Shown: positions 12,875 to 25,127 of the stretch, piece after piece
Layout: each line of letters begins with the position of its first letter
Position numbering within the stretch: position 1 is the first letter of the stretch
Assembly (NCBI RefSeq): GCF_004010195.1
Contig: NC_057728.1
Span: forward strand, 52,112,732-52,176,731
DNA from: Chiloscyllium plagiosum
Lineage: Eukaryota
Direction: 5' to 3'
DNA length: 64,000 bases
Notes under the pieces: generated by a model
Databases searched by the model: none
The model's input: only the letters and a program-made list of their open reading frames with translations
What the model was told of the DNA's origin: nothing
Position numbers and translations under genes: made by a program

Positions 12875-12955
12875 CTGAAAATGTGTTGCTGGAAAAGCAC
12901 AGCAGGTCAGGCAGCATCCAGGGAACAGGAGAATCGACGTTTCGGGCATAAGCCC
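12875..12955 (-). mobile_element. Short PLE 3'-end fragment truncated inside the hammerhead
   Basis: TSD TTTGTTGGTG at 12865-12874 and 12956-12965; contains gacgtttcgggcataagccc. Confidence 0.7.
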
Positions 12956-13409
12956 TTTGTTGGTGAACATTTCAGTCAATAACTTGTTCAACCGCCTCAA
13001 GTGAATCAAATTTAGGTTTGCTGAGTGCTGCTTAATTCTAGGAAGCACCTGCACTGTGCCTCCATGTTGTCACTTCACCTCAGTCAGAGTGACTGATAAT
13101 GGTTGATATATTTACCATAGAGTTATTTAGACAATTTTTGATGGTACAGATGAAGTAGAAAAGAGAAACTTACTCTGTGGAGTCACCTTCTGGACACAGC
13201 CTGCAACTGCACCGCAATAGTTGAACAAAATTCAATGGGCAATGTTGACACAGCAGCTCTGCATGAAGTTTTGCAGAAAGAAGTTAGCAAACTATCTTGA
13301 CAAGAAAAAGTTTGAGGATAGGGAGCAGATACCACACGTAAGGCTTGCTGAATGAAGGAAGGATCACTGGACCCAAAACGTTAACTTTGTTTTCTCTCCT
13401 TAAGGGTTG

Positions 13410-13808
13410 AGAAGAGGTTGGAAAAACTCAGTGTTCACCGGAAGGGAGGAGGCCGGGGTGTGGGGGATAACTTGATAGAAGTCTACAAAAGTACGAGAGG
13501 CATGGATAAGGTGGATTATCAGCGGCTTTTTCCCAGGGTGGAAAGGTCAACTACAAGAGGGCACAGGTTCAATTGAGAGAGGGAAGGTTTAGGGGAAAAT
13601 GTTTCAGAGGTGGGTGTTTGGAATGCACTGCTAGCAGAGCTAATGGAAGTAGTCACATTACCAACATTTAAGTATCTTGATAGACATGTGAACGGGAAGC
13701 AAACAAAGGTGTAGAAACCACTTATGGACCGTAAGCAGTGCATCTAAATAAGGACTAGGGACTAGTATAGACTTGATGGGCCAAAGGACTTGTTCTTGTG
13801 ATGTATTG
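13410..13808 (+). mobile_element. CR1 LINE 3' fragment
   Basis: gataacttgatagaagtctacaaa...actacaagagggcacaggttcaa resembles the RGDLIEVYKI...TRGH C-terminus seen in other copies. Confidence 0.7.
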
Positions 13809-14053
13809 TATTAGATTAGATTCCCTACAATGTGGAAACAGGCCCTTCGGCCCAACAAGTCAACACTGACCCTCTGAAGAGTAACCCACCCAGACCCATT
13901 TCCCTCTGACTAACCCACCTAATACTATGGGTAATTTAGCATGGCCAGTTCACCTGACCGGCACATCTTTGGATTGTGGGAGGAAACCGAAGCACCCAGA
14001 GGAAACCCACGCAGACACTGGGAGAATGTGCAAACTCCACACAGTCACCCAAG
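13809..14053 (-). mobile_element. HE1/V-SINE
   Basis: ttagattagattccc tail plus core in reverse. Confidence 0.85.
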
Positions 14054-14069
14054 GAATGATCTGCCAGAC

Positions 14070-14420
14070 TTAGTCATACAACATGAAAACAGACCCTTCG
14101 GCCCAACCGGTCCATACTGACCATAATTCCAAACTAAACCAATCCCCCCATGCTGCACTTGGCCTATATTCCTCCAAACTATTCTTATTCACGTACTTGT
14201 CCAAAAGTCTCTGAAACCTTGTAACTGTACCCAAATTCACCACTTCCTCTGAAAGTTCACTCCACATGAACCACTTTGCATCTTTAAAAATAAGCCTCCC
14301 ATGTCTTTTGAATCTTTCTCCTCCTCCCACCTTAAAATATGCCTTCCAGTCTTGAAATCCCTCACCTTAGGGAAAAGACACCTGCCGTTCACCTTATCTA
14401 TACCCTTCATGATTTTATAA
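14070..14420 (-). mobile_element. CR1 LINE 3' fragment
   Basis: ORF 14070..14330 has ELSEEVV...FQRLLDKY, CR1 C-terminal-like. Confidence 0.7.
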
Positions 14421-14734
14421 ATCTTTGTAAGGTCACTTAGTGAGTTTGAGTTTGCCCAGCAGTTTGTTTTGGAAGGATTTTGTAGAATCGGTCCTATTCA
14501 TCATTTGGGCTTTCCTGATTGAATTGTTGTGCTGCAATAAACTAGCTGATTGGACAAATGTCTCCCTTAACTACAGGAAACTAAGGTCCACCTTTGATTA
14601 AAGACTGTACAAAATTTAAAGGTCCTGAAAAGACTCTTATTTTTTTATTTCAATGTAATTTAAACATGGTTCGTAAAAATGCTGTTTCAGCTAATACTTG
14701 TCACAATAGGCTCGACCCTTTTTGCCATGAAGTG

Positions 14735-15120
14735 TCGGAGGCTGAGGGGTTATAGAGGTTTATAAAATCATGAGGGACATGGATAGCGTGAATAGCTAAG
14801 GTCTTGTTCTCAGGGTAAGGAAGTCCAAAACTAAAGGGTACAGATTTGAAGTGAAATGGGAAAGATTTAAAACTGAAGTACAGGGCAACTTTATCACACA
14901 CAGGGTGATATGTATGTGTGGGACAAGCTGCCAGAGGAAGTGATGGAGGCTGGTACAATCGCGACATTTAAAAGGCATCTAGATGGGTATATGAATAAGA
15001 AGGGTTGAGAGGGATATGGGCCAAGTGCTGGCAGGTGGGACCAGATTAATATAGGATATCTGATCAGTGCGCATGAGTTGGACTGAAGTGTCGATTTTAC
15101 ACACTGTCTTATTCTGACTC
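14735..15120 (+). mobile_element. CR1 LINE 3' fragment
   Basis: ggaggctgagggg...tataaaatcatgaggg...catctagatgggtatatgaat, matching the 46.7-47 kb copy. Confidence 0.8.
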
Positions 15121-15955
15121 TAATAACATTTTCCTGTATACTAGTTGATTTTATTTCAGTTAAGCTCTTCTTAGTTGAAAAAGCCTTTCCTGCAAGGGAT
15201 CAGAACACCAAGAAACCACTGGATATTTTAATCTCAAATGATACTCCTTAGGCATTACCGAGTTATGTGCTGGTTTCACTTGAGACATTAAACTAAGGTC
15301 CTGCGTACCTTCTTGGGTGAATGTGGAAGAGGATTAGTGTTCTTTGAAAGTTCTCTGCATGAGGTAATAGTTTTGAAAGGGTTCATGTTGAAGACAGTAT
15401 TGAGCTCCAGCAAATTCCATGAGGTCATACAATCTTGGATGGCATAAAGAGGAATGGAGCTGAAAATCATGTTTGAAGATGCTGATGTGTCGTCACTATC
15501 CCATCAGACTCAATATTACCTGTTACTCTCTCCACAGATGTTGAGTTTCTCACTATTTCTGATTTCTGCAATAATTTGCTTTTAGTTTTGTTATAAGTAC
15601 TGATTGACTAGTTAGTCTTTAATTGTCTATGTAACTTGCACCTGTTGCTATCATGTCATAAACTACACCGTGTTACTAAGACAAGTGCCTCTTCTTAAGA
15701 CTCACTCATGTTTCAATCTATAACATTGTTAGCCGACAGACTTTTAAATGCAATATAGAAAGGTGAATTTGAGCACTCCAGGGTTGGAGTGCATCATCAT
15801 TTGGAGTAATGTAATTTTGATTTATGTTTTTGTCTACCTGTTTATAAGTTTCCGTTAATTAGGTTATATTTTTATTATAGTGCACCCATCAAGGGCTATC
15901 AAAATAATTTTGCTTTCAAAAGAGTAGAAATGTGGATTGGGGATATTGTGACACA

Positions 15956-16216
15956 AGGCAGAAGTGAGGACTGCAGATGCTGGAAATCAGTCTAGATTAG
16001 AGTGGTGCTAAAAAAGCACAGCAGGTCAGGCAGCATCCGAGGAGCAGGAAAAAACAAAAAAAAAACGATGTTTCGGGCAAAAGCCGTTCATCAGGAATGA
16101 ACTTCATTCCTGATGAAGGGGTTTTGCCCGAAACGTCATTTTTCTTTTTTTGTTTTTTCCTGCTCCTCGGATGCTGCCTGACCTGCTGTGTTTTTCCAGC
16201 ACCACTCTAATCTAGA
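15956..16216. mobile_element. PLE-derived fold-back element with back-to-back hammerheads
   Basis: About 110 bp inverted arms 15991-16101 / 16103-16216; near-perfect TSD GATATTGTGA(C/T)ACA at 15942-15955 and 16215-16228. Confidence 0.85.
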
Positions 16217-16599
16217 TATTGTGATACAGTATAGTGTCCCTATCTCTGGGGCCAGGAGGTCAATGTTCAAGTCCCACCTTTCCTAGACACGTTGTAACAT
16301 GTCTGAATGGGTGGAATAAAATTCCCTAGAAAGCTGGATTGAGTCCCCCATCAAGAGTTGTCTAAACGTTTATTGTTACTTTAAGAGTAGGAAGATGGAT
16401 TGCATCATCAACTCTGGGAATAATACTTCAGTGTTAGTTTGATAAATTTCTGTAAATGTTTTGATTTTTGTCAGTGCTCCACTAGGGACTGTTTGGAATG
16501 TAATTGGTTTATATTAAGATTACAAAAAGGAATAGGTGATAGCTTGCAGCCCAAACCATTAGCTGATAGTGATTAGTTCCTCAATGTATACAACATTGT

Positions 16600-16931
16600 G
16601 GGCGGCACGGTGGCCCAGTGGTTAGCACTGCTGCCTCACAGCGCCTGAGACCTGGGTTCAATTCCTGCCTCAGGCGACTGACTGTGTGGAGTTTGCACGT
16701 TCTCCCTGTGTCTGCGTGGGTTTCCTCCGGGTGCTCCGGTTTCCTCCCACAGTCACAAAGATGTGCAGGGTCAGGTGAATTGGCCATACTAAATTGCCCG
16801 TAGTGTTAGGTAAGGGGTAAATGTAGGGGTATGGGTGGGTTTTGCTTCGGCGGGTCGGTGTGGACTTGTTGGGCCGAAGGGCCTGTTTCCACACTGTAAT
16901 GTAATCTAATCTAATCAATCGTAATCTAAAC
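16600..16931 (+). mobile_element. Full-length HE1/V-SINE (tRNA-derived)
   Basis: ggcggcacggtggcccagtggttagcactgctgcctcacag (A box), gggttcaattcc (B box), core tgtggagtttgcacgttctccc, tail aatct repeats. Confidence 0.9.
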
Positions 16932-17239
16932 ATTCTGGTAGCTCTTTATCCCTCACTCAATATAAATTATCTGATCATTATTTCATGATGTTTGGGCAAA
17001 CTTGCTGAATACAAATTAATTTGTGAGAGTTTCCTACAACAGTATCAACACAAAGTACTTCACTAGTTGTAAGGCATTTTTATAACATTTGGAAAGTCAA
17101 TATATTAAGCTTAGCTCGTATTCTTCTAGACTTTGTAACCTTTAACTTGCAGCAAAACATATACTTTGTGTGTTACATTTTTACAGGAGATGAGGGAGTC
17201 ATGGCCTAACATTATATTGTACATACCTTAATGGAATGA

Positions 17240-17245
17240 AATAAA
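17240..17245 (+). promoter_or_regulatory. Candidate distal polyadenylation signal
   Basis: AATAAA with upstream TGTA and downstream GT/T-rich ttgttgttctttc. Confidence 0.35.
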
Positions 17246-17774
17246 ATTAATCAATGGCAAATTTATTGGTAATTGTTGTTCTTTCTGCTGCTAAATGCAG
17301 AACAGGAGAGCTAGGTAGCACAGGGTATGGATAAAAGTGGGCAACCAAAGGATGTTTCCTCTTGCGTGAGAGACTAAAACTAAAGGACACAGTTAAGGAA
17401 AAAGAATTCTCCTTTTCAAGACCCAGATAAGGTGAAAATTCTCTGTAGGTGGCCATTCGAGTGTGGAATTTCTTCGACAGAAAGTAGTGGAAGCTCTATC
17501 TTTAAATGTACTTGGAAAGTGGAGCTGAGCTCAGTCATGATCCTGTTGCGTTCTGGGCCAGACTCAATGGGCTAAAAGACTTATTCATGCTCCCAAGTAG
17601 GTTGGGAGGGGGCTGTGATGCAGTGCAATGGGCTGAGTAGGCATTGCTGATTGGGGGTGGGGATGGGGAGGGGAGTGCAGGTCAAATGCACACATGCTGC
17701 TGCTGACATCACTGTTTCCATTGCTGGGTCTACTAATGTCAGAGCCCTATCTGTGCAGGCATGGGGGTCAGAGG

Positions 17775-18105
17775 TTTACAACATGGATATGGGCCCTATG
17801 GCCCAACATATCCACGATGCCCAGTTTGCACAATTTATCTGGCCCCATTTGCCTACATTTGGTCCATATCCCTCCATACTTGTCCCATCCATGTACCTGT
17901 TAAAATGTTTTTTAAATGACAAAATTGTATTCTCCTCCACCACCACCTCTGGCAGCCTGTTCCAGACATTCACCACCCTCTGTGTGAAAAAGCTGCCTCT
18001 ATGAATCCTTTGAGACATCTCCACTCTCACCTTAAAATTATGCCCTCTAGTTTTAGACTCCCCTACCATGTGGAAAAGCTGTTGCCTATCTACGCCTCTC
18101 ATGGA
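17775..18105 (-). mobile_element. CR1 LINE 3' fragment
   Basis: ORF 17776..18102: KTRGHNFKV...FFTQRVVNVWNRLPEVVV. Confidence 0.85.
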
Positions 18106-18125
18106 TAATCACTAACAACAAAGGA

Positions 18126-18411
18126 TTAGATTAGATTTCCCTACAGTATGGAAACAGGCCCTTCAGCCCAACAAGTCCACACCGACCCTCCAAAGAGTAA
18201 CCCACCCAAACCCATTTCCCTCTGCCTAATGCACCTAACCCTATTGGCAATTTAGCATGACCAATTCGCCTAACCTGCATATCTTTGGATTGTGGGAGGA
18301 AACCCACACGAACAGAGGGAGGATTTGCAAACTCCACACAGACAGTCGCACAAGGCTGGAACTGAACCCGGGTCTCTGGTGCTGTGAGGCAGCAGTACGA
18401 GCCACCATGCG
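18126..18411 (-). mobile_element. HE1/V-SINE
   Basis: Full SINE in reverse with ttagattaga tail. Confidence 0.85.
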
Positions 18412-18454
18412 GTATTCTTTCATCAGTGAAGCAGTATGAATATTTTCTCTACTC

Positions 18455-18681
18455 TTAGTTTGTCTTCGAACTGGCTTGCAAATGGGTTTCGTTCTGCAAT
18501 GGGTTTCGTTCTGCAATCGGTTTGCAAGTCAGAACACCATGCAGAACACTGGTAAGCAGCCATTTGTAAGTACAGGAACTGTCCACATATCAGGTCTTTA
18601 AAGTTTTACTCCTGTATGGGATCACGCTTGTAAGTATGAGTGTGCGTACATCGGGTGTTCATAACTGGGAGACCCCCTGTA
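18455..18681. mobile_element. Possible Tc1/pogo (Tigger-like) DNA transposon end
   Basis: Ends ...gttcataactgggagaccccctg|TA (reverse: TA-CAGGGGGTCTCCCAGTTATGAAC) with internal ttgtaagt repeats; partner terminal repeat not clearly found. Confidence 0.35.
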
Positions 18682-19215
18682 TTTATAGTCTGTGCAGTTA
18701 GTTTTGAAATGAACTGCAATGGTCCAAGAACATTCCTGACCAGCATCACCTCTGGAACTACTTACATGTCTCCGAGTGCCACAAGACACTAGATCGTGAG
18801 ATTTAAGGAGAATCGGATTAAGTTGCACCACTGAAAATAACTCATTATTTCATGTAGCACTTGCTTAATCCTGAAGATGTTGTGACCTACTGAGAGAGTG
18901 CACTAGATATGAAACACCACTATTCCCAGAGTCTTTATTATTGAAACATCTACCAAAAATCTCAATTTGCTTCTGACAGCAGGATGAAAACAAATCACAC
19001 CCAGGATTCTTCTACGACAATCTGAAAAAAAAACTATATTCATTGTATCACTTGAATAAAAATGAATTTCTAAATTATGCAACTTAAGCTTTATCCCTAT
19101 GTAAAGCTCTCTGAACGTACAGGCACACAAAGGATAAAAGCAATGATAACACAAAATGTATGGAGGAGGAAAAAAAGGTCAGAGAAACAGTTTTGTATTG
19201 CCAGTCCAAAATCTC

Positions 19216-19304
19216 GGGCATAAGCCCTTCCTGAAGAAGGGCTTATGCTCGAAATGTTCCTTGGATGCTGCCTGACCTTCTGTGCTTTTCCAGCAACACA
19301 TTTT
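19216..19304 (+). mobile_element. Tiny PLE-derived insertion with hammerhead motif
   Basis: TSD CAGTCCAAAATCTC at 19202-19215 and 19305-19318; CTGAAGA-agggcttatgctc-GAAA at 19231-19254. Confidence 0.75.
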
Positions 19305-20468
19305 CAGTCCAAAATCTCTCAATTGGTTCCACAATCCTCCTCCATTGAATTTCTTCAACGATGCTTCTGTCTTATCTGTAGAACCACAGTGAGTTTGTAA
19401 TTCACTGGTTGCTTAGTTGGACTCAGATATTTCTGATTGGCTTTGAGTATTAGAAATAGTTCTTTCAGCATCTTTGAATATTTTATGCTCTGGAGTTCAG
19501 CATGCTAGGAAAATGCAGTACATTCTCTCTGTCCTGCTAGCCCATCCCTAGAATAATCAAAACCTCACCATCAGCAGATTTATCACCACCTCCACTATGG
19601 ACCTGGTGAAGAATGAGCTGCCCTTATCTGCCAGTCACCATTCTTTGTAAGGCACCTTGCCCTTCGCATACTCCTCCATACTGTCGGACATAGAGGACTC
19701 CATTGAGGGCTACAGATTGCTTCCAGATTGTAAATGCTGTATGATTACTAATACCTTGTCATGCATAGCACAGTGAGTCACAGACTTAGCCTGGTATTCA
19801 GGGGCAGGGGTAGCCCCATGGATCTCCAACCTGAACACACTCCCACACACCTCACTGAATTGCAATTGTATCTCCCAACTTTACCCACTGCACCCCAACC
19901 CTATGGCTTAACCATGTCAACCATCATTCTGGAGTAAGGCTCTCCAATGCATTCTTATCTCAACCCCACTTATATCACTATTGTTCCCTCTGCCTCCCAT
20001 TCCCAGTATGAGCTTCCCAAACTCCCCTACATCTGATAAGCCCCTTTGACTTACACTGTGCTGATTCTCAGTACAGTGGTGTAACTCCTGACTGACCTGG
20101 CTAGATAAGTCTGACTGATGAGTGACCAGACCCCTGACTAATCTTTTTATAGCTTCTTGACCGACCTGTCATGACTCCCCAAACTGAGTGCACAGGAACC
20201 TGCAAAATTGACTGTGACCGACTCCCTGAACTGTAATGATATAGGCCTCCTGTTGCCAAGTGGCTGATGACTGTGTCTCAGCCCCTGGACTGATATCAGA
20301 CACTCCCCTTGACCTACTGTGCCAGGGTCCCTGACTAAAGGCTATCTTCCTTGGCCTGACTGAGGACTGCTCCCCATTTGGTTGATGAACATGTAGTGTG
20401 TGATATAGCACTCTGCACATAGTAACATATCCACCCCCTTGATTGATGACCACCGACAACCAATGACT

Positions 20469-20616
20469 TAGAGGCAAAAAAAACTGCAGATGCTGGAATC
20501 CAAAGTAGACAAGTAGGAAGCTGGAAGAACACAGAAAGGGTGCCTGAAGAAGGAAACATTGACTTCTCCATCTCCCACTGCAGCCTGGCTTGCTGTGTTC
20601 TTCCAGCCTCCTGCTT
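20469..20616. mobile_element. PLE-derived fold-back insertion
   Basis: TSD GACAACCAATGACT at 20455-20468 and 20617-20630; arms gctggaagaacacag / ctgtgttcttccagc. Confidence 0.7.
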
Positions 20617-20642
20617 GACAACCAATGACTAGCTGCTGATAT

Positions 20643-20982
20643 TCATAGAATCATAGAATCCTTACAGTGTGGAAACAGGCCCTTTGGCCCGACAAGGAGA
20701 AAATGACCATACATGCTGAAGATCAGTGTTGAGAGTGTAATGCTGGAAAAGCACAGCAGGCCAGGCAGCCTCCAAGGAGCGGGAGAATTGATATTTTGGG
20801 CAAGAGCCCTTCATCAGGAATGGCTTATGAAGGGTTTATGCCCGTAACATTGATTTTTCTGCTCCTCGGATGCTGCCTGGCCTGTTGTGCTTTTCCAGCA
20901 CCACACTCTTGCTCCTTTGGCTCAACAAGTCCACACTGACTCTCTGAAGAGTATCCCACCCAAATCCATTCCCCTAACCAAT
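20643..20982 (-). mobile_element. SINE 3' end containing a nested PLE fold-back insertion (about 20697-20913)
   Basis: SINE tail interrupted after cctttggcccgacaag and resumed at cctttggctcaacaag; the insert has inverted arms around two decayed hammerheads. Confidence 0.7.
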
Positions 20983-23610
20983 TAGAATCAAAGAGTCATA
21001 GAGATGTACAGCAAGGAAACATACCCTTCAGTCCAACTCATTCATGCTGATCAGATATCCCAACCCAATCTAGTTCCATTTTACAGCACTTGGCCCATAT
21101 CCCTCCAAACCCTTCCAATTCATATACCCATCCAAATGCCTTTAAAATGTTGCAATTGTACCACCAATTCCTCTGGCAGCTCATTCCATACACGCACCAC
21201 CCTATGTGTGAAAGCGTTGCCCCTCAGGTCCCTTTTATATCTTTCCCCTCTCAACCTAAACTTATGCCCTCTAGTTATGGACTCCCTCACCCTAGGGAAA
21301 AGACTTTGTCTATTTATACTATCCATGCCCTCATGATTTTATAAACCTCTATAAGGTCACCCCTCTGACGTTCCAGGGAAAAGAGTCCCAGCCTATTCAG
21401 CCTCTCCCTATAGCTCAAATCCTCCAACTCCGACAACATCCTTGTAAATCTTTTCTGAAGTCTTTCAAGTTTCATAACATCCTTCTGATAGGAAGGACAC
21501 CAGAACTGCACGCAATATTCCAACAGTGGAAATTAAATCAACTCAACTCAAATGTTTGCAAGAGCAAAGAAAAAGTTTATTTCAGACCTTTGCAAAGGGA
21601 CCCAATACATTGGCAAGACGCCTCATGTAGGGGGCGCTTGATAGCTTTCACATATTCCCTTTATACTATAATTCGCTTCTTCTTATCAACACCTGCAAGG
21701 TTAGGGGCCTGGAACATTTGAGTTCCTTTCCATATATGGAGTTGTTTTTCTCATTCCTTGGATGTTGATATGGTAGTTTAACTGGCCTTGTAAGTCTGCT
21801 GTTAGGTCGGTTTGCCTTTACATTTTCCTGTTTATTTGCCCTTATTTCTTTGTTTCCCTCTGCCTTTATAGATTTCACAATACATATTAATTTTCTGTTA
21901 CAGTGGGCTAACCAACATCTTGTACAGCCGCAACATGACCACCCAGCTCCTATACTCAATGATCTGACCAATAAAGGAAAGCATACCAAACTCCTTCCTC
22001 ACTATCCTATCTACCTACGATTTTCAAGGAGCTATGAACCTGCACTCCAAGGTCTATTCGTTCAGCAACTAGGACCTTACCATTAAGTGTATAAGTCCTG
22101 CTAAGATTTGCTTTCCCAAAATGCAACACTTCGCATTTATATAAATTAAACTCAATCTGCCACGCCTCAGCCCATTGTCCATCTAAGGCAACCTTCTTCA
22201 CTGTCCACTACACCTCCAATTTTGGTGTCATCTGCAAATACACCAACTATACTTCCTATGTTCAAATCCATATCGTTTATGTAAATGAAAAAAAGTAGTG
22301 GACCCAGCACCAATCCTTGTGGCACTCCACTGGTCACAGGCCTCGAGTCTGAAAAACAACCCTCCACCACCAACCTCTGTCTTTGACCTTTGAGCCAGTT
22401 CTGTATCCAAATGGCTAGTTTTCACTGTATTCCATGAGATCTAACCTTGCTAATCAGTCTCCCATGGGGAACCTTGTCAAACGCCTTACTGAGGTCCATA
22501 TGATCACATCTACTGCTCTGCCCTCATCAATCCTCTTTGTTACTTGTTCAAAAAACTCAATCAAGTTTGTGAGACATGATTTCCCACACACAAAGCCATG
22601 TTGACTATCCCTACTCAGTCCTTGCCTTTCCAAATACGTGTAATTCCTGTCCCTCAGGATTCCTTCCAACAACTTGCCCATCACCGATGTCAGGCGCACC
22701 TGGCTTGTTCTTACCACCTTTCTTAAATAATGATACCACGTTTGCCAACCTCCAGTCTTCCAGCACTTCACCTGTGATATCATTGATGCAAACATATCAG
22801 CAAATGGCCCAGCAATCACTTCCCTAGCTTTCCACAGAGTTCTAGGGTACACCTGATCAGGCCCTGGGGATTATCCACCTTTATGCGCTTCAAGACATCC
22901 AACGCTTTCTCCTCTGCAATATGGATATTTTTCAAGATGTCACTGCCTACTTCCCTGCATTCTACATCTTCCATGTCCTTCTCTAAAGTAAACACTGATG
23001 CAAAATACTCATTTAGTATCTCCCCCATCTCCTGCAGCTCCACACAAAGGCTGCCTTGCTGATCTTTGAGGAGCCATATTCTCTCCCCAGTTACTCTTTT
23101 GTCCTTAATGTATTTGTAAAATTCCTTTGGATTCTCCTTAATTCTATTTGCCTAAGCTATTTCATGTTCCCTTTTTGCCCTCCTGATTTCCCTCTTAAGT
23201 ATACTCCTACTGCCTTTATACTCTTCTAAAGATTCACTCGATCTATCCTGTCTATACCTGATATATACTTCCTTCTTTTTCTTAACTAAACCGTCAATTT
23301 CTTTAGTCATCCAGCATTCTATACATCCACCAGTCTTTCCTTTCACCTTAACAGGAATATACTGTCTCTGGACTCTCATTATTTCATTTCTGAAGGCTTC
23401 CCATTTTCCAGTCAACCCTTTACCTGCGAACATCTGCACCCAATCAGCTTTTGAAAGTTCTTGCCTGATACCATTAAAAGTAGCCTTCTTCCAATTTAGT
23501 ACTTCAATTGTTAGATCTGGTGTATCCTTTTCTATCATGATTTTACAACTAATAGAATTATGGTCGTGGGCCCCAAAGTGCTCCCCCACTGACACCTGGG
23601 TCACCTGCTA
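20983..23610 (-). mobile_element. CR1 LINE ORF2 (RT and 3' end), frameshifted, interrupted at 21527-21902
   Basis: ORF pieces SQHGFVCGKSCLTNLIEFF, TSGVPQGLVLGPLLF...FADDTK and EYCVQFW...RGDLIEVYKI. Confidence 0.92.
21527..21902 (-). mobile_element. Probable solo LTR inserted in the CR1
   Basis: The minus strand starts TGTAAC and ends TTTCCA, with a TATA-like GTATAAA (21660-21666) then AATAAA (21576-21581). GTGG occurs at both junctions and the CR1 resumes seamlessly. Confidence 0.6.
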
Positions 23611-23619
23611 ACACATTCC

Positions 23620-23793
23620 AATGGGCAATTTAGCACAGCCAATTCACCTAATCTGCACATCTTTGGACTGGGGGAGGAAACTGGAGCACCCGGAGGAAGC
23701 CCATGCAGACTGGGGGAAAATGTGCAAACTCCTCAAACCTGGGTCCCTGGCACCGTGAGGCAGCAGTGCTACCCACTGAACCATCGTGCTGCC
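23620..23793 (-). mobile_element. HE1/V-SINE, internally deleted
   Basis: Head and core in reverse. Confidence 0.8.
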
Positions 23794-24343
23794 CCATGAC
23801 TGCACTAAATAGCATGGCAAGTCAAAAGTACAGTGAGCCTGTACGCTCTGGCTGAGAGCTTTACAAACAGGCAAGTCAGGGCATGGTGAATATCTAAGTA
23901 AGTACAAAGTGGATAGTGGTAAAGAGAGCAAGCAAGGAGCCCTGAGATGTAACCTTATCAAAGCCCTGAGCTGGCTGCCTATCCCTGTAGCCAAAGTGTT
24001 CTGGTAGCAGCATTCCAATGAAAGGTGCCAGCGTGCTCTAAACTACAGCATTGAAGTGCAGAATTATACTGTAAGTGTTTCGAAGATGTGCCATGAGGCT
24101 GGCGTGCTTCCAATGCCAAAGCCTACAGATGGGTTTTATGGGCAATCTCTACCCGTGGGTCATGCCCTGGGAGGTCGAGGACTGCTGTCCAAGATGGAGA
24201 GCCAGTGGAGCAAGAGGTCAGCTGGAGGTAACAGGAACCTGTGCTGACGTCCATGTTGGGAATTACCACTTAGTTTCTATCCGACAGCCAGGAGAATGGG
24301 AAACTGTGTAAGAATGAGACAAGATTAGGTAATAACATGCTAA

Positions 24344-24987
24344 TGTGACGATGCTGCAACTTTAACAAGGTTATGTTCTCCTTGTTTTTTTTCAGAGGGG
24401 TCGCAAAAGCAGAGGTTCTGATATGTCTAGAAATATCTACTTGAGAAAGCTTTTATATTTTTTTAAAACACTTGTACAATGAAAGGGGAGTGCCCATTTC
24501 TCCTGGCTCAGGGTTTGCTTTGGTTGGATTTTAGTAAGTTGCTGTTTTTGTTTGCAGCTGCTAGTCCAGTTTTAGCTGGGAACCCAGAGAAGCTGCTGTG
24601 GACCCAAAGAAGTAGCTCTAAGCTGATCCTCTCTCTTTCTCTCTCTCTCTCTGACATCTCTCCTGTAAGAACTTGTGTTTGATTTTACCTTTTTTCACCA
24701 AGATAGTGTTTATGGGGGTGTTGCAAGTATTTGGAACAGCATTATTAAATTGCAATAGAGTTGATGGGGTTTTCAAATAGGTTAAGTTATTCTGAATTTG
24801 GTTCTATTGTTTATGTTTCATTCAGTAGTTTATAAATAAATTCTGCTTAATTTAAAACTGAATAGTTGGGCCAGCTGCATTACTCCTGGAATATCCACAT
24901 TTACACCTGCTTTAAAACAACTAGAAAAGTTAGGGTCTAGTCTGCCTTCTTAGAATGTTGTGATGGGTCCTGGCCTAGCCCATAAAA
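24344..24987 (+). repeat. 5' LTR
   Basis: Aligns along its length with 30679-32507 once insertions are removed; followed by PBS-like tggggctgtttgtgggat (24991-25008). Confidence 0.88.
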
Positions 24988-25127
24988 GATTGGGGCTGTT
25001 TGTGGGATTTATTCTGTAGTTCCAATTTGGGATTCCAAATTTGGAGTTAAAGCAAGGAGTGGTAGGTATTAGTGTCTTTTGATCGAGGTGTTGAATTCGG
25101 TTGGTTTAAACAGTGCTTGGGATAGCA

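Noticed and set aside
16600..16680. tRNA-like sequence with A and B boxes
   Set aside because: It is the SINE head, followed by the SINE core and tail and repeated more than 10 times; not a tRNA gene.
18477..18520. 17-bp tandem repeat (tgcaatgggtttcgttc) as a possible CRISPR-like array
   Set aside because: About two adjacent units with no spacers, in eukaryotic DNA with no cas genes.
19560..20440. GC-richer stretches (also 4440-4900 and 23800-24300) possibly from decayed DNA transposons
   Set aside because: No motif or terminal repeat I can support from the sequence.
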